DNA of 64,000 nt from a virus: the IMG/VR virus record IMGVR_UViG_3300024327_000544. One strand, 5' to 3'. Made by a program: the position numbers and the translations under genes. The notes under the pieces were generated by a model. It did not search any database. It saw only the letters and a program-made list of their open reading frames with translations, and had not been told where the DNA came from. Below, piece by piece: positions 54,885-63,661 of the stretch. The number at the start of each line of letters is the position of its first letter. Position 1 is the stretch's first letter.

Positions 54885-55015
54885 TTCTCAGACTCTTTTA
54901 TATGATATGTTAAGTCTCTTTCTAATGTAGCGACTCTCTCCATAAGAATTAATATTTGATTTTCTAATCTATCAACCCTACTTGTATTAGGTTTAAACGG
55001 ATTATCGTTTTTCAT
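54878..55015 (-). CDS. small coiled-coil hypothetical protein
   Basis: MKNDNPF start with an AAGG RBS. Confidence 0.5.
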   Translation of the reverse strand: MKNDNPFKPNTSRVDRLENQILILMERVATLERDLTYHIKESEKC

Positions 55016-55016
55016 A

Positions 55017-55235
55017 TTAACCTTGATATTCATTGACATGATTCTCTGCCTCTTCAATTGTTTCAAAAAACGTTCCGGAACGCTCTTCTCTCTTTCCATC
55101 TATCACTGTCCATTCTCGAACTAGATATTTTCCAGATGTTGGTGAATCCCAAATCACTTCTTTCTCTCTCAAGATTTCAATAGTTGCATATTTAAAATCT
55201 GGTACCTTTTGAATTCCTCTAACAATACTTGCCAT
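55017..55235 (-). CDS. hypothetical protein
   Basis: 72 aa; AGGA RBS. Confidence 0.55.
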   Translation of the reverse strand: MASIVRGIQKVPDFKYATIEILREKEVIWDSPTSGKYLVREWTVIDGKREERSGTFFETIEEAENHVNEYQG

Positions 55236-55243
55236 ATTAAATC

Positions 55244-55429
55244 CTATGCTAAAATTATATCATCATGGTCTGCACATTCTGCAGTTCCATCTTCATATTC
55301 AACCACGTAAGCTGGTCCGGTTTGTGTAAAAAATTGGTATTTAACTTCACCCGTTTGGGGAAGTAAAGACTTCCTGCTATCGAGTGCAATGACAACCTTA
55401 TCTCCAACTAAAAAATTATTATCTTCCAT
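55244..55429 (-). CDS. small SH3/Tudor-like hypothetical protein
   Basis: FLVGDKVV...GEVK...YVVEYEDG pattern. Confidence 0.5.
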   Translation of the reverse strand: MEDNNFLVGDKVVIALDSRKSLLPQTGEVKYQFFTQTGPAYVVEYEDGTAECADHDDIILA

Positions 55430-55436
55430 ATGACCT

Positions 55437-55541
55437 CTATAATGCAAAGAAAAGAATTATTGTTAAATACATCAGACCACCAAAGACGACGGTCGTTCCT
55501 ATGAATCTTAATATCTCTTGTAATAGCATAATCTCTCTCAT
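55437..55541 (-). CDS. 34-aa membrane peptide not in the ORF track
   Basis: MREIMLLQEILRFIGTTVVFGGLMYLTIILFFAL*. Confidence 0.4.
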   Translation of the reverse strand: MREIMLLQEILRFIGTTVVFGGLMYLTIILFFAL

Positions 55542-55603
55542 AATAAATTAAAGTTAACCGCCACCCTCCCAACTCTTCGCTTCGGTGGTTGATCACCGGT
55601 ATG

Positions 55604-55867
55604 TTAAAACATGTGTGCGATCGTCTGATCGAACCATTCGTAGACAAAACCTACTGCCATTGGTACACATATGAACTGAGTACCAGGAAGTGCTGAACAG
55701 AATAAACTGAATCCACCAAATAACAAATTACTGTTATCTGCAGTGACAAGACCAACAGTACTTGTAGTCTCGACATATGATTGTAACGTTGCACCAACAA
55801 GTGGTTCATAGTTATGAAATCCTTCAATCATATCTTTTGCGATCGTACTTACTTCTGGCTCTATCAT
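55604..55867 (-). CDS. hypothetical early protein
   Basis: First gene after the promoter at 55905; GAGGAG RBS. Confidence 0.6.
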   Translation of the reverse strand: MIEPEVSTIAKDMIEGFHNYEPLVGATLQSYVETTSTVGLVTADNSNLLFGGFSLFCSALPGTQFICVPMAVGFVYEWFDQTIAHMF

Positions 55868-55904
55868 ATCTCTCTCCTCGGCTAGTTTTTTTATCTCTGT
55901 ATAT

Positions 55905-55933
55905 ATTATATCACATCTAGCTCAAAAAAGCAA
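55905..55933 (-). promoter_or_regulatory. sigma70-like early promoter
   Basis: TTGCTT-N17-TATAAT; flanks nearly identical to the 43788 promoter. Confidence 0.75.
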
Positions 55934-55944
55934 CAGAAATAATT

Positions 55945-56081
55945 ATCAATGATTACAATAGAATAGTTAGAGGGTGTTGATATCATTGCTGATAAAAGAT
56001 TATCAATGATTTCAATAGGATAATTAGAGGGTGTTGATATCATTGATAAACAAATATCTATAATGATTTCAATAAGATAAT
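55945..56081. repeat. 57-bp tandem array (about 2.4 copies) of the ATCAATGA-WWW-CAA inverted-repeat element
   Basis: Units begin at 55945, 56002 and 56059, each arm-N18-arm; the third unit is truncated. Confidence 0.85.
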
Positions 56082-58075
56082 AAATTTGTTAGAAATTCTT
56101 TATATTCTTTGGGAATATAATGTTTATTATAGTTGTAATCATAATAATGCAATCGTTCTGTTCTATAAAATTCTTTTAAATTATAATGTTCTTTATTAAA
56201 AAAGTCAACTGCTACTTTTGCGGCCAAAAGAATACCATCATATAAATTTAGATAATATGGTATTAATTTAAGATTTATTTTTTTAAAAGGTTTATTGTTT
56301 TTATATGCATAATCAAAGAATAGTTTTAACTCATGTTTATTTACATCAGGAAATATTTCTTTATTATTTGATTGTTGTTTAAATTTAAATAATTTCCGAT
56401 TCTTATTAATAAAATCTGCATATACATTCAAATCAAAATCGTTATTCCCATAAAGAAATAATGTCATCATATCCTTTGCATTTTTTAAATGCGAGAAAAA
56501 ATTTGATGTTTGGCTAAATGCAATTTGTCTTTTTAGTATGTTTCCTGTGAAACAATTTAATCCACTATCTTGTGTAAATTGATATATATTGGAGTTTGTA
56601 TTATCATTAGCAAATCCAGCCGCAACAGAATAATCTCCTAAAGGGGTTCCCGGAAATGGGGAATAGAGTGCATTCCAATAATAATCTTCTTTTCTAAAAT
56701 TAGATTTAGAAATTAGATCTAAACATTTTAAAGACTCTTGTATAGGGTCTTCATAATAATATTCTTTTAACGGCAAGTCCTTAGATGGCTTTACATATTG
56801 TTTTGGTTTAACTGTTGGTAATCCGACTATTGCTTGTGTTCTTAATTCTATATTAAATCGTTTAACATTGTTAATAGCATCTATGATAGTTTCATTAGAT
56901 TCGTGTCTGTCTAATAATAATTTTCTAATATTAGGATCACCCGATTCTATTGCCATAGATATACCTGCTACTATGTTATTTTTTGAAATAATATTTATTC
57001 TATCTTTACCACCTTTACCCGCCAACATTCCTGGTCTAGCTTGTATATAAAATGGTATATTAATTTCTTTCCATCTAACACTAAACTCCTTCCACCATTT
57101 AATATTGTTAAGAGAAATATCCGCTTGATCAAATATCGCTGTTGTTTTAATATTATATTTTTCATCTAATCTTAATATATCTTTACCTTCTTCGATTAGA
57201 GTTTCTATTGGTCTATCTTGTATTATACTAGGAGGCAAAATATTTGATCCATCATATGCTTCTTTTAAATTTTCTATTAAAGAACTTATATAACAATATG
57301 TGCAAGAATATGCACAACCAAGAGCAGTAAGAACAGATTTAACTTCACTCAATGCATATATTTTAGTTTTGTCTGAAAAATTAAAAGTGTCTTCATAAAA
57401 TTTTTCTCTATCCATACGAGGAATATTAGCATAAGGCATAGGATCGTGATATATTCCTGGTCGATATAATCCTAATAATATATCTCTAAAAATATTAATT
57501 CCCTTTCCTCTTACAACATAATCTCCACCAAATTCTTTTGCTTCTTTAAAATTATAATTATTATAATGACCGCCAATTATTATAGGTATTGTTTTTTTAT
57601 TTGAAAATTTATATTGTTTAACCCAATCAAAAAAATAATTACTGACACCAGTATATAAACTAATTCCTATCCAATCGGGTTTAAATTGTTCTATTACTTC
57701 ATATGTTTTGTGTATATTACTTTCATTAACTAACAAATAATATCGTTCACCATTCATGTCACGAACTATACCACCCAATGCCATTAAAGTAATATTTTCT
57801 ATTTCACTTATATCATGGCTAAGAAATAAAACTCTAGGTTTTAAATTAGGTTTAGTTTGTTGTAAATGTAATTTATAATTTGACCAATCACTAGTTATGC
57901 TATTAGGTGTATATAAAGTATTATTATATTTTCCTATTATGGATTTAATTTCAGGCAAATGTTCTTCTAGTGGATAACCTAACGGATTTTCTAAATTATC
58001 TTTTTTCTTTGGCAACATTTTTTGGTAGTCAATACTATTGTACTTTGTCAAGAACAATGAAGACATATAGAGCAA
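56069..58075 (-). CDS. cobalamin-binding-domain radical SAM enzyme (class B-like)
   Basis: IGISLYTG and IIIGGHY B12-domain motifs; GCAYSCTYC (CxxxCxxC); AIESG; PFPGTPL. Alternative start at 58018; very low GC. Confidence 0.85.
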   Translation of the reverse strand: MLYMSSLFLTKYNSIDYQKMLPKKKDNLENPLGYPLEEHLPEIKSIIGKYNNTLYTPNSITSDWSNYKLHLQQTKPNLKPRVLFLSHDISEIENITLMALGGIVRDMNGERYYLLVNESNIHKTYEVIEQFKPDWIGISLYTGVSNYFFDWVKQYKFSNKKTIPIIIGGHYNNYNFKEAKEFGGDYVVRGKGINIFRDILLGLYRPGIYHDPMPYANIPRMDREKFYEDTFNFSDKTKIYALSEVKSVLTALGCAYSCTYCYISSLIENLKEAYDGSNILPPSIIQDRPIETLIEEGKDILRLDEKYNIKTTAIFDQADISLNNIKWWKEFSVRWKEINIPFYIQARPGMLAGKGGKDRINIISKNNIVAGISMAIESGDPNIRKLLLDRHESNETIIDAINNVKRFNIELRTQAIVGLPTVKPKQYVKPSKDLPLKEYYYEDPIQESLKCLDLISKSNFRKEDYYWNALYSPFPGTPLGDYSVAAGFANDNTNSNIYQFTQDSGLNCFTGNILKRQIAFSQTSNFFSHLKNAKDMMTLFLYGNNDFDLNVYADFINKNRKLFKFKQQSNNKEIFPDVNKHELKLFFDYAYKNNKPFKKINLKLIPYYLNLYDGILLAAKVAVDFFNKEHYNLKEFYRTERLHYYDYNYNKHYIPKEYKEFLTNLLSY

Positions 58076-58111
58076 TAAACGCTAAACAGAAACAGCATAT
58101 TAGAAAAGGTT

Positions 58112-58678
58112 TCATAGAGATCCTAAGCATCTTGCATTAATCTTTGAATGGGGACGGGGGGTCTTTGTATTAGATCCCGTTACATAATGAAGTAATAGTT
58201 GAACTTGATATATTCCTTCAAAGGGCAATCGCCAATGTACGTGCTTCTTGGGGTCTTGCGTGTACAAGAGGGCATCTCCAATATTTAGCTTTATTGGAAC
58301 ATCGTCATCGATATATAGAGGCCATACAGACCCTTGATAGCTATCACTATAAAGGTAACCTGTAGGTATAGTAAGAGATATTTCACAGACGTCCTTATCT
58401 ATATGTTTATTTAAACGTGCACCGATTTCATATACAATGTAATATGAATAAGAAGGATAAATTTCCTTATCTTTAAAATATCGTTGCACTCTTGGTAAAA
58501 AAGCATTTAATGATGCTTCAGCAAAACGATCTTGATATGCTCCATGAGTTTCAGGTCCAGGTGTTTCATGTTTCTTTTTACTGTAAGGTTTAAATCGCTC
58601 TAATCGTTCATTGAGAGCATATACTGTAAATGCCTTACAATAGTCTTCATCTATAAATCCAGGTATTACTTTAAACAT
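58112..58678 (-). CDS. 2OG-Fe(II) oxygenase-like protein
   Basis: LNKHIDKDVCEISLT, WPLY, GDALLY, HWR and LLHYV. Confidence 0.75.
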   Translation of the reverse strand: MFKVIPGFIDEDYCKAFTVYALNERLERFKPYSKKKHETPGPETHGAYQDRFAEASLNAFLPRVQRYFKDKEIYPSYSYYIVYEIGARLNKHIDKDVCEISLTIPTGYLYSDSYQGSVWPLYIDDDVPIKLNIGDALLYTQDPKKHVHWRLPFEGIYQVQLLLHYVTGSNTKTPRPHSKINARCLGSL

Positions 58679-59375
58679 GTATCAACTGTGTCCCTAATTT
58701 ATTGGCCATGGTTAATACATCCATCGGTCTACTATGTTCAGTTGTCCAAAATTCCTTTAAATCAAAGCTATGGCCCTTCCAAGGCATTGTTTGATTAAAA
58801 TAAACTAAAGCGGGAACTCTCATCATTCTAGCTAAATGAGCAATACCACCTTCTGAACAAATTAAAAATTTACAATTCTTTAATACACTAGTTAACATAT
58901 AACCATATTGATCGAAATTATATTCGATGTTATAGATCGTCTTGTTAGGTCCCAAGCTTGGAACAATAACTATCTTATGTCCATTTGCTTTAAGACTTCT
59001 TATCATCATTTCTATAGAAGTAAGATCTGCTACTTTATCTTGATGAGCAGCTGATTTCGATTTATGATGTGTATATAACCATATGGCTACATAATCCCCT
59101 CCTTGATGCATTTCTTTTGCCGGCCAATAAACATGATCGTGTTGACCTAATGGTGGATCATCTGTTTGAGTAAATGTTTTAAACTCATGTGTAATTAAAT
59201 CATTAGGTTTAAAAAAGTTTAATACTCGTTTTACCTGTCTATGGGTTCGAGGTTGTAAATGCCAATTAATTATTGTAGGTTCACTAGCACTTATATAATC
59301 ATATGATATCTGATTTATTAAATCCCCAAACCCAGAGCTATATCCTTTATTTGTCCAATACTTGTTTATTTCCAT
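58671..59375 (-). CDS. GT9 (heptosyltransferase)-like glycosyltransferase
   Basis: GFGDLI near the N-terminus; FLICSEGGIAHLARMMRVPALVYF matches the GT9 FIGxDSGxxHLAAA.GVP motif. Confidence 0.5.
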   Translation of the reverse strand: MEINKYWTNKGYSSGFGDLINQISYDYISASEPTIINWHLQPRTHRQVKRVLNFFKPNDLITHEFKTFTQTDDPPLGQHDHVYWPAKEMHQGGDYVAIWLYTHHKSKSAAHQDKVADLTSIEMMIRSLKANGHKIVIVPSLGPNKTIYNIEYNFDQYGYMLTSVLKNCKFLICSEGGIAHLARMMRVPALVYFNQTMPWKGHSFDLKEFWTTEHSRPMDVLTMANKLGTQLIHV

Positions 59376-59541
59376 TTAGAAGTTTTCTATACATTTTATA
59401 TGCTTTATCTAAAACATTATCTAGGTTCTGTGACATTTCTCCTTGTAGTGTCATTTGATCAATAATATATTCACCTGTGTATGGGTACATAGCATTAATA
59501 TGTTTGTTAACTTTATTAATAACTAGTCTTCGAGTATACAT
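59347..59541 (-). CDS. hypothetical protein
   Basis: 64 aa; AAGGAG RBS. Confidence 0.5.
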   Translation of the reverse strand: MYTRRLVINKVNKHINAMYPYTGEYIIDQMTLQGEMSQNLDNVLDKAYKMYRKLLNGNKQVLDK

Positions 59542-59550
59542 AGATCTCCT

Positions 59551-60222
59551 TTATTCGTCTACATTAACACATCCTACTATATGACATCTATCCACATCCA
59601 TAGATAGATTAACTCCAGAGTGATAAACCTCTGTATTCATTAAATGAGCTCCTCCTGTTGGTTTTATTTGATGTACAACTTTATTACCATCATTGTCTTC
59701 TATAATATGAAAACTGTCACTATCCCCATATAAGGGAATATGTATTCTCATTCCTAGATCATAATGCCATGATAGACACGATTTAGGTTTTAATAACATT
59801 AATCGAGTCCTATACATCTTTAGTTGTTTTATTAACTTATTCGTATATGGCATATCAAATATAGGAACAATAAAATCTTTTTCTTCGTGACCACCATCTT
59901 CTAATTCTTTAACTCTTCTCGATCCAAAATAAGGATCATTCTTTCCTTCAAAACAACCTTGTAATAATATTTGACAGTTTCCCGGTTTCTTCCATTCTGG
60001 GTTTAACTTATCAACTGTTTCTTCCACTTCTTTGTTTATCTTTTCTATATCAATATCTTCTTTGATTGACATAGTTCTTTTAGTACTTCCTAATCTAACT
60101 CTTAGTGGTGGTTGGGCTTTCCTTAATCTTTCTACATCTTTCATTGACATAGTATTATCCAATTGACTTCTGTTCGCTTTAATTCTCAAATTTTCTAGGT
60201 AACTATAATCTGGTATTTCCAT
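59551..60222 (-). CDS. Asp/Asn beta-hydroxylase-like 2OG-Fe(II) cupin
   Basis: RTRLMLLKP..CLSWHYD, RIHIPL, NTEVYHS and RCHIVG. Confidence 0.75.
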   Translation of the reverse strand: MEIPDYSYLENLRIKANRSQLDNTMSMKDVERLRKAQPPLRVRLGSTKRTMSIKEDIDIEKINKEVEETVDKLNPEWKKPGNCQILLQGCFEGKNDPYFGSRRVKELEDGGHEEKDFIVPIFDMPYTNKLIKQLKMYRTRLMLLKPKSCLSWHYDLGMRIHIPLYGDSDSFHIIEDNDGNKVVHQIKPTGGAHLMNTEVYHSGVNLSMDVDRCHIVGCVNVDE

Positions 60223-60254
60223 TTATTATTATCCCTTGTGGTACAACATTTATT

Positions 60255-60283
60255 ATTATACAGCATTTTTTCAAAAATGTCAA
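60255..60283 (-). promoter_or_regulatory. consensus sigma70 promoter
   Basis: TTGACA-N17-TATAAT. Confidence 0.85.
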
Positions 60284-60594
60284 CTAAAAACTTCATTAAA
60301 AGTAATTTTATATAAAGTATATGTCCAAGTAAGTTCTTCTCCCGACTCAATATCTTTTGAAGCACAAATCCACCACGAGCCATCTTCCATTAATATTTTA
60401 CTACAATTGGGGTCATCAGAATGATTTCCGAATCCACCTAGAGGTGTGCGAATGTATCCATCTTCACTTTCTTTTCGAGGATGATGTGTAATCCCAATTA
60501 ATGAATTGGCTTCAATTTTCTCTGTTGCAAAAAGTCCAAGTCCACTAATAGGAGATTTTTTAATTGTTATATAATCTGGAAGAGGGTTATACAT
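60280..60594 (-). CDS. SET-domain protein (lysine methyltransferase fold)
   Basis: SPISGLGLFAT, GFGNHSDDPNC and DIESGEELTWTY. Confidence 0.88.
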   Translation of the reverse strand: MYNPLPDYITIKKSPISGLGLFATEKIEANSLIGITHHPRKESEDGYIRTPLGGFGNHSDDPNCSKILMEDGSWWICASKDIESGEELTWTYTLYKITFNEVFS

Positions 60595-61930
60595 TTATAT
60601 TATCCAGATGTTTTACTAATAAAGGGTCTATATAATCCTTATAAGATTGATTTCTAACAGTATCTAAAATAACTAATTCTCTTTTAAACTTCTTATAATC
60701 CCCGTTATGATTATTAATTGCATTTTGTATTTGACCAACTAAATTATGAATATTAAATCTATACCACTTCTTATATTCTTTCCCTTTTATAGTTGCATGC
60801 ACAGTATCTGAATCTGCCACAGTTGATATACCTGAATCTATTACTTCTATAAGCCTATCTAATGATTCTTCTAAAAGTTCTATGGGAATATTTCTAATTG
60901 ATGTTCCCCTATTACCTGGAAACATTTCTGCAAAATGAATATAATAATTAGGGACCTTATGATATATACATTTATTACATATCCATTCTATATAATCTGC
61001 AGCATTCAAAACATTAATACCAGATAACACCATATTAAAATATTGATGTTTAATATTATTACATGTACTTAGATATCTATCTAGACTTTCATTTAATTCA
61101 TTCCAATCAGAATGATGTCTGATATAATTATAAGTTCTTTGTGTGCCGTCTATACTAAATGTATGACCCTGTTCTTTAAAGTTGTTTAACAGATTTGCTA
61201 ACTCAGGTGTAAATTGAGTAGCATTAGTATGGAACTTTAAAGTTGTATTTTTAGCAGTGCCATCTTCAACATACTTTTCTAATACCTTTACAACTCGTCT
61301 ATCATAAAAAGGTTCTCCACCAGATGCTTTTAACATTTTTATCTGATGAGTATTATTCATTAACCAATCAATTACTTCGTTAGACTCTTTATCATAGATA
61401 ACACCTTTCTCTATTGGCATTGCTCTATCACTTACTCTCATAAATTCATCGTGGGTTCCGTTAGCACGCATTGCCTCTACATCCTTACCTATCTGATGAG
61501 AACTTCCTATATTGCACATTCTACAGGCTAAATTGCATAGGTTAGAAAGGGATATGTCAAACTCAAATAAACCATCAGTTTCTTTACCTCCATCAAAATC
61601 AGAACATTGTCTAAACGATTCTAAACCTTTTTCTTCCATCTTCCAGCAGACAGTACATGCTTCATTCTTTATGCCATTTGTTAAATCGTTTCTTAGCTTT
61701 TCGTATTGGGGAGAATTAAATATGTCAAGGGGATTCATTCCTGCTAGCTCCGTTTCGGAAAGACCCATGTTGTAATGCATATCTGCAGCCTCTCCCTTTT
61801 GTTCCACAGGGTTCATCATCATGCAACAAGGTGTAACATTAGTTGGTCTCTTACCATCGCCAGACCACTTCTTAAAGGTCATAGATTTAAATGGATAATG
61901 GCAATATGTTGGATGGTCTTTAGGATTCAT
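60587..61930 (-). CDS. radical SAM protein with an N-terminal SPASM/twitch-like Cys cluster
   Basis: CHYPF, PCC, CTVCWKME; SNLCNLACRMC; GGEPF; TNAT; SIDG. Confidence 0.88.
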   Translation of the reverse strand: MNPKDHPTYCHYPFKSMTFKKWSGDGKRPTNVTPCCMMMNPVEQKGEAADMHYNMGLSETELAGMNPLDIFNSPQYEKLRNDLTNGIKNEACTVCWKMEEKGLESFRQCSDFDGGKETDGLFEFDISLSNLCNLACRMCNIGSSHQIGKDVEAMRANGTHDEFMRVSDRAMPIEKGVIYDKESNEVIDWLMNNTHQIKMLKASGGEPFYDRRVVKVLEKYVEDGTAKNTTLKFHTNATQFTPELANLLNNFKEQGHTFSIDGTQRTYNYIRHHSDWNELNESLDRYLSTCNNIKHQYFNMVLSGINVLNAADYIEWICNKCIYHKVPNYYIHFAEMFPGNRGTSIRNIPIELLEESLDRLIEVIDSGISTVADSDTVHATIKGKEYKKWYRFNIHNLVGQIQNAINNHNGDYKKFKRELVILDTVRNQSYKDYIDPLLVKHLDNINV

Positions 61931-62127
61931 ATATAAAATAATATATCTGTCACTTCATTATTCTTATATTGATGGTGAGAATACATACACTTACTACAGA
62001 CTTGACTAAACCCTTCAATATAACCAACGCGGGCCATTATATTATCTGCTATATTATATTCTGTAGGTTTAGAACAAATCCTACAAATTTCTATTTCTGA
62101 TTCTTCTTTTTGATCTGTACTATCCAT
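61927..62127 (-). CDS. small CxxC...CxxC hypothetical protein
   Basis: CRIC and CSKC. Confidence 0.55.
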   Translation of the reverse strand: MDSTDQKEESEIEICRICSKPTEYNIADNIMARVGYIEGFSQVCSKCMYSHHQYKNNEVTDILFYI

Positions 62128-62172
62128 CCGTGGCCTCCGCTCCTGGCTTTAGTGTCGTTTACCCAACAAATC

Positions 62173-62316
62173 TTAATCTTGTTTATAATGTCCATCTGAC
62201 AAGTAATAAATCATCGCATCGATCAAATCGGGAGCACCCCAAGATATCACCAGCCATAATATTATCAAACAAACACTCATAAATCCACATATAGTGGAAA
62301 CGTTATTTTCATTCAT
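62173..62316 (-). CDS. 47-aa membrane protein not in the ORF track
   Basis: MNENNVSTICGFMSVCLIILWLVISWGAPDLIDAMIYYLSDGHYKQD*. Confidence 0.5.
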   Translation of the reverse strand: MNENNVSTICGFMSVCLIILWLVISWGAPDLIDAMIYYLSDGHYKQD

Positions 62317-62326
62317 AAGTCATTTT

Positions 62327-62539
62327 CTAGTTCTTTTCCTCTTTGGATACTGATCTTTTATCACCGTATCCATCTTTGTACCAACCACCACCTTTGAGAT
62401 GAAAACTTCCCAAACTCATTATTCTAGTAGATATTTGCCCACAAAGAGAACATTCTATTGTTTTGGTTGTTGAGGTGATTTTGTCAAACTCTTCGGTTAT
62501 TTCATCACATACGTTACATCGATATTCATATATTGGCAT
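62327..62539 (-). CDS. FmdB-family zinc-ribbon protein
   Basis: MPIYEYRCNVC...CSLCG...SFHLKGGGWY. Confidence 0.88.
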   Translation of the reverse strand: MPIYEYRCNVCDEITEEFDKITSTTKTIECSLCGQISTRIMSLGSFHLKGGGWYKDGYGDKRSVSKEEKN

Positions 62540-62589
62540 TATTATTTACTCTAATTTCCTTTTCTTCTTCTGCGAACAAATAATCTTGC

Positions 62590-62700
62590 TCAAAATTTTG
62601 ACATGAACTTAGCAATTGGTTGAACGAATGGTAGTAACAGTATTGCCATGAGCATATTGACTCCTGTATGCACCATCGCAATTTGTTTAGTGATTCCTTT
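62590..62700 (-). pseudogene. 3' remnant of a Na/Pi-cotransporter-family gene
   Basis: KGITKQIAMVHTGVNMLMAILLLPFVQPIAKFMSKF* resembles the C-terminal H-T-x-x-N..LLPF helix of Na/Pi cotransporters; the upstream frame is closed by a stop. Confidence 0.5.
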
Positions 62701-62711
62701 ATGTTGTTTTA

Positions 62712-62936
62712 TTATGCAGGAAATTGTAATCCTTTTTCTTCCATTAAATCTCGAATATCATCTCTGATATGTTCAAGGGCTTGTTCACCAGTTTTATATT
62801 TTTCGGGTTCATACTTCAACAAAGAGCGTATCTTTTGGTCTATGTCCCAAGCAAGTAATGCCCAATCCATTGCTTTGGCGGCAACATCAAACTCTTCCTT
62901 ATCATCTGGTAAATTAAATTCTAATATAGCTTTCAT
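62712..62936 (-). CDS. hypothetical protein (paralog of 53182-53472)
   Basis: MKAILEFNLPDD...AMDWALLAWDI. Confidence 0.65.
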   Translation of the reverse strand: MKAILEFNLPDDKEEFDVAAKAMDWALLAWDIDQKIRSLLKYEPEKYKTGEQALEHIRDDIRDLMEEKGLQFPA

Positions 62937-63229
62937 TCTGTTCCTACTTTTTTTACTTCTTCATCTTCTATATACTCAAATCCCATCTTCTCTACTTCAT
63001 CTAAAGAATATGGTTCTGCTCTACACTCTGCGGCCACTTCCTCTTTTTTTTCGCCTCTGCGATAAGTAATAAAGGTGTCGCATTTATCACAATGTGTATA
63101 GAACTCCTGCACTTTATCGGGGTCAATCGTGTCTAAATTACACAGATAATTTTTTGATTGCCAAGACACATCATTTGCCCCACACTTCGGACATTTTATG
63201 TCTACGTTTATTTCATCATACATTCCCAT
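62933..63229 (-). CDS. zinc-finger hypothetical protein
   Basis: MGMYD, CPKC, QSK and CDKC. Confidence 0.65.
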   Translation of the reverse strand: MGMYDEINVDIKCPKCGANDVSWQSKNYLCNLDTIDPDKVQEFYTHCDKCDTFITYRRGEKKEEVAAECRAEPYSLDEVEKMGFEYIEDEEVKKVGTE

Positions 63230-63235
63230 ATTATA

Positions 63236-63661
63236 TTATTTTTTATTAGAGATGTCTATAAATTTTTTAGAAATCTTATTAGCTTCATTTATATCTATTG
63301 ATAATTTTTTTTTGTTTATTTTAGACCATTTCGCTTCTTTTTTAGTGTCAAAATAGAAATCACCCCTTTCTATAATTTCTTTTAGGTTAGGAGCCTCACC
63401 CAATACATCATAGGGGGTCTTTTCTACTACAATAGCAACATGAATTTCGGGCTCACTCAGTGAACCATATGTCATATATTCAACTTTATTCACGCCTTTG
63501 GTATGTTCAAGAAATGTTCCTAACCCATAAGCAAAATCATAACAACCCCCTTGTAAATACCAACTAATATCTTTGCTGCCCCTGAAAGTAATTATAATGT
63601 CATCAAGACTTTTTCCATTAATAACAAGTTGTTCCGTTATATATTGTCTAAAAGTTTCCAA
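63236..63661 (-). CDS. papain/transglutaminase-like fold protein with a capsid-targeting-like N-terminus
   Basis: METFRQYITE; GGCYDFA...HVA...YDVLG (C-H-D); late-promoter variant upstream. Confidence 0.55.
   Translation of the reverse strand: METFRQYITEQLVINGKSLDDIIITFRGSKDISWYLQGGCYDFAYGLGTFLEHTKGVNKVEYMTYGSLSEPEIHVAIVVEKTPYDVLGEAPNLKEIIERGDFYFDTKKEAKWSKINKKKLSIDINEANKISKKFIDISNKK

Noticed and set aside
55945-56081. Possible CRISPR mini-array
   Set aside because: Only about 2.4 units; the between-arm segments are near-identical rather than unique spacers; no cas genes.
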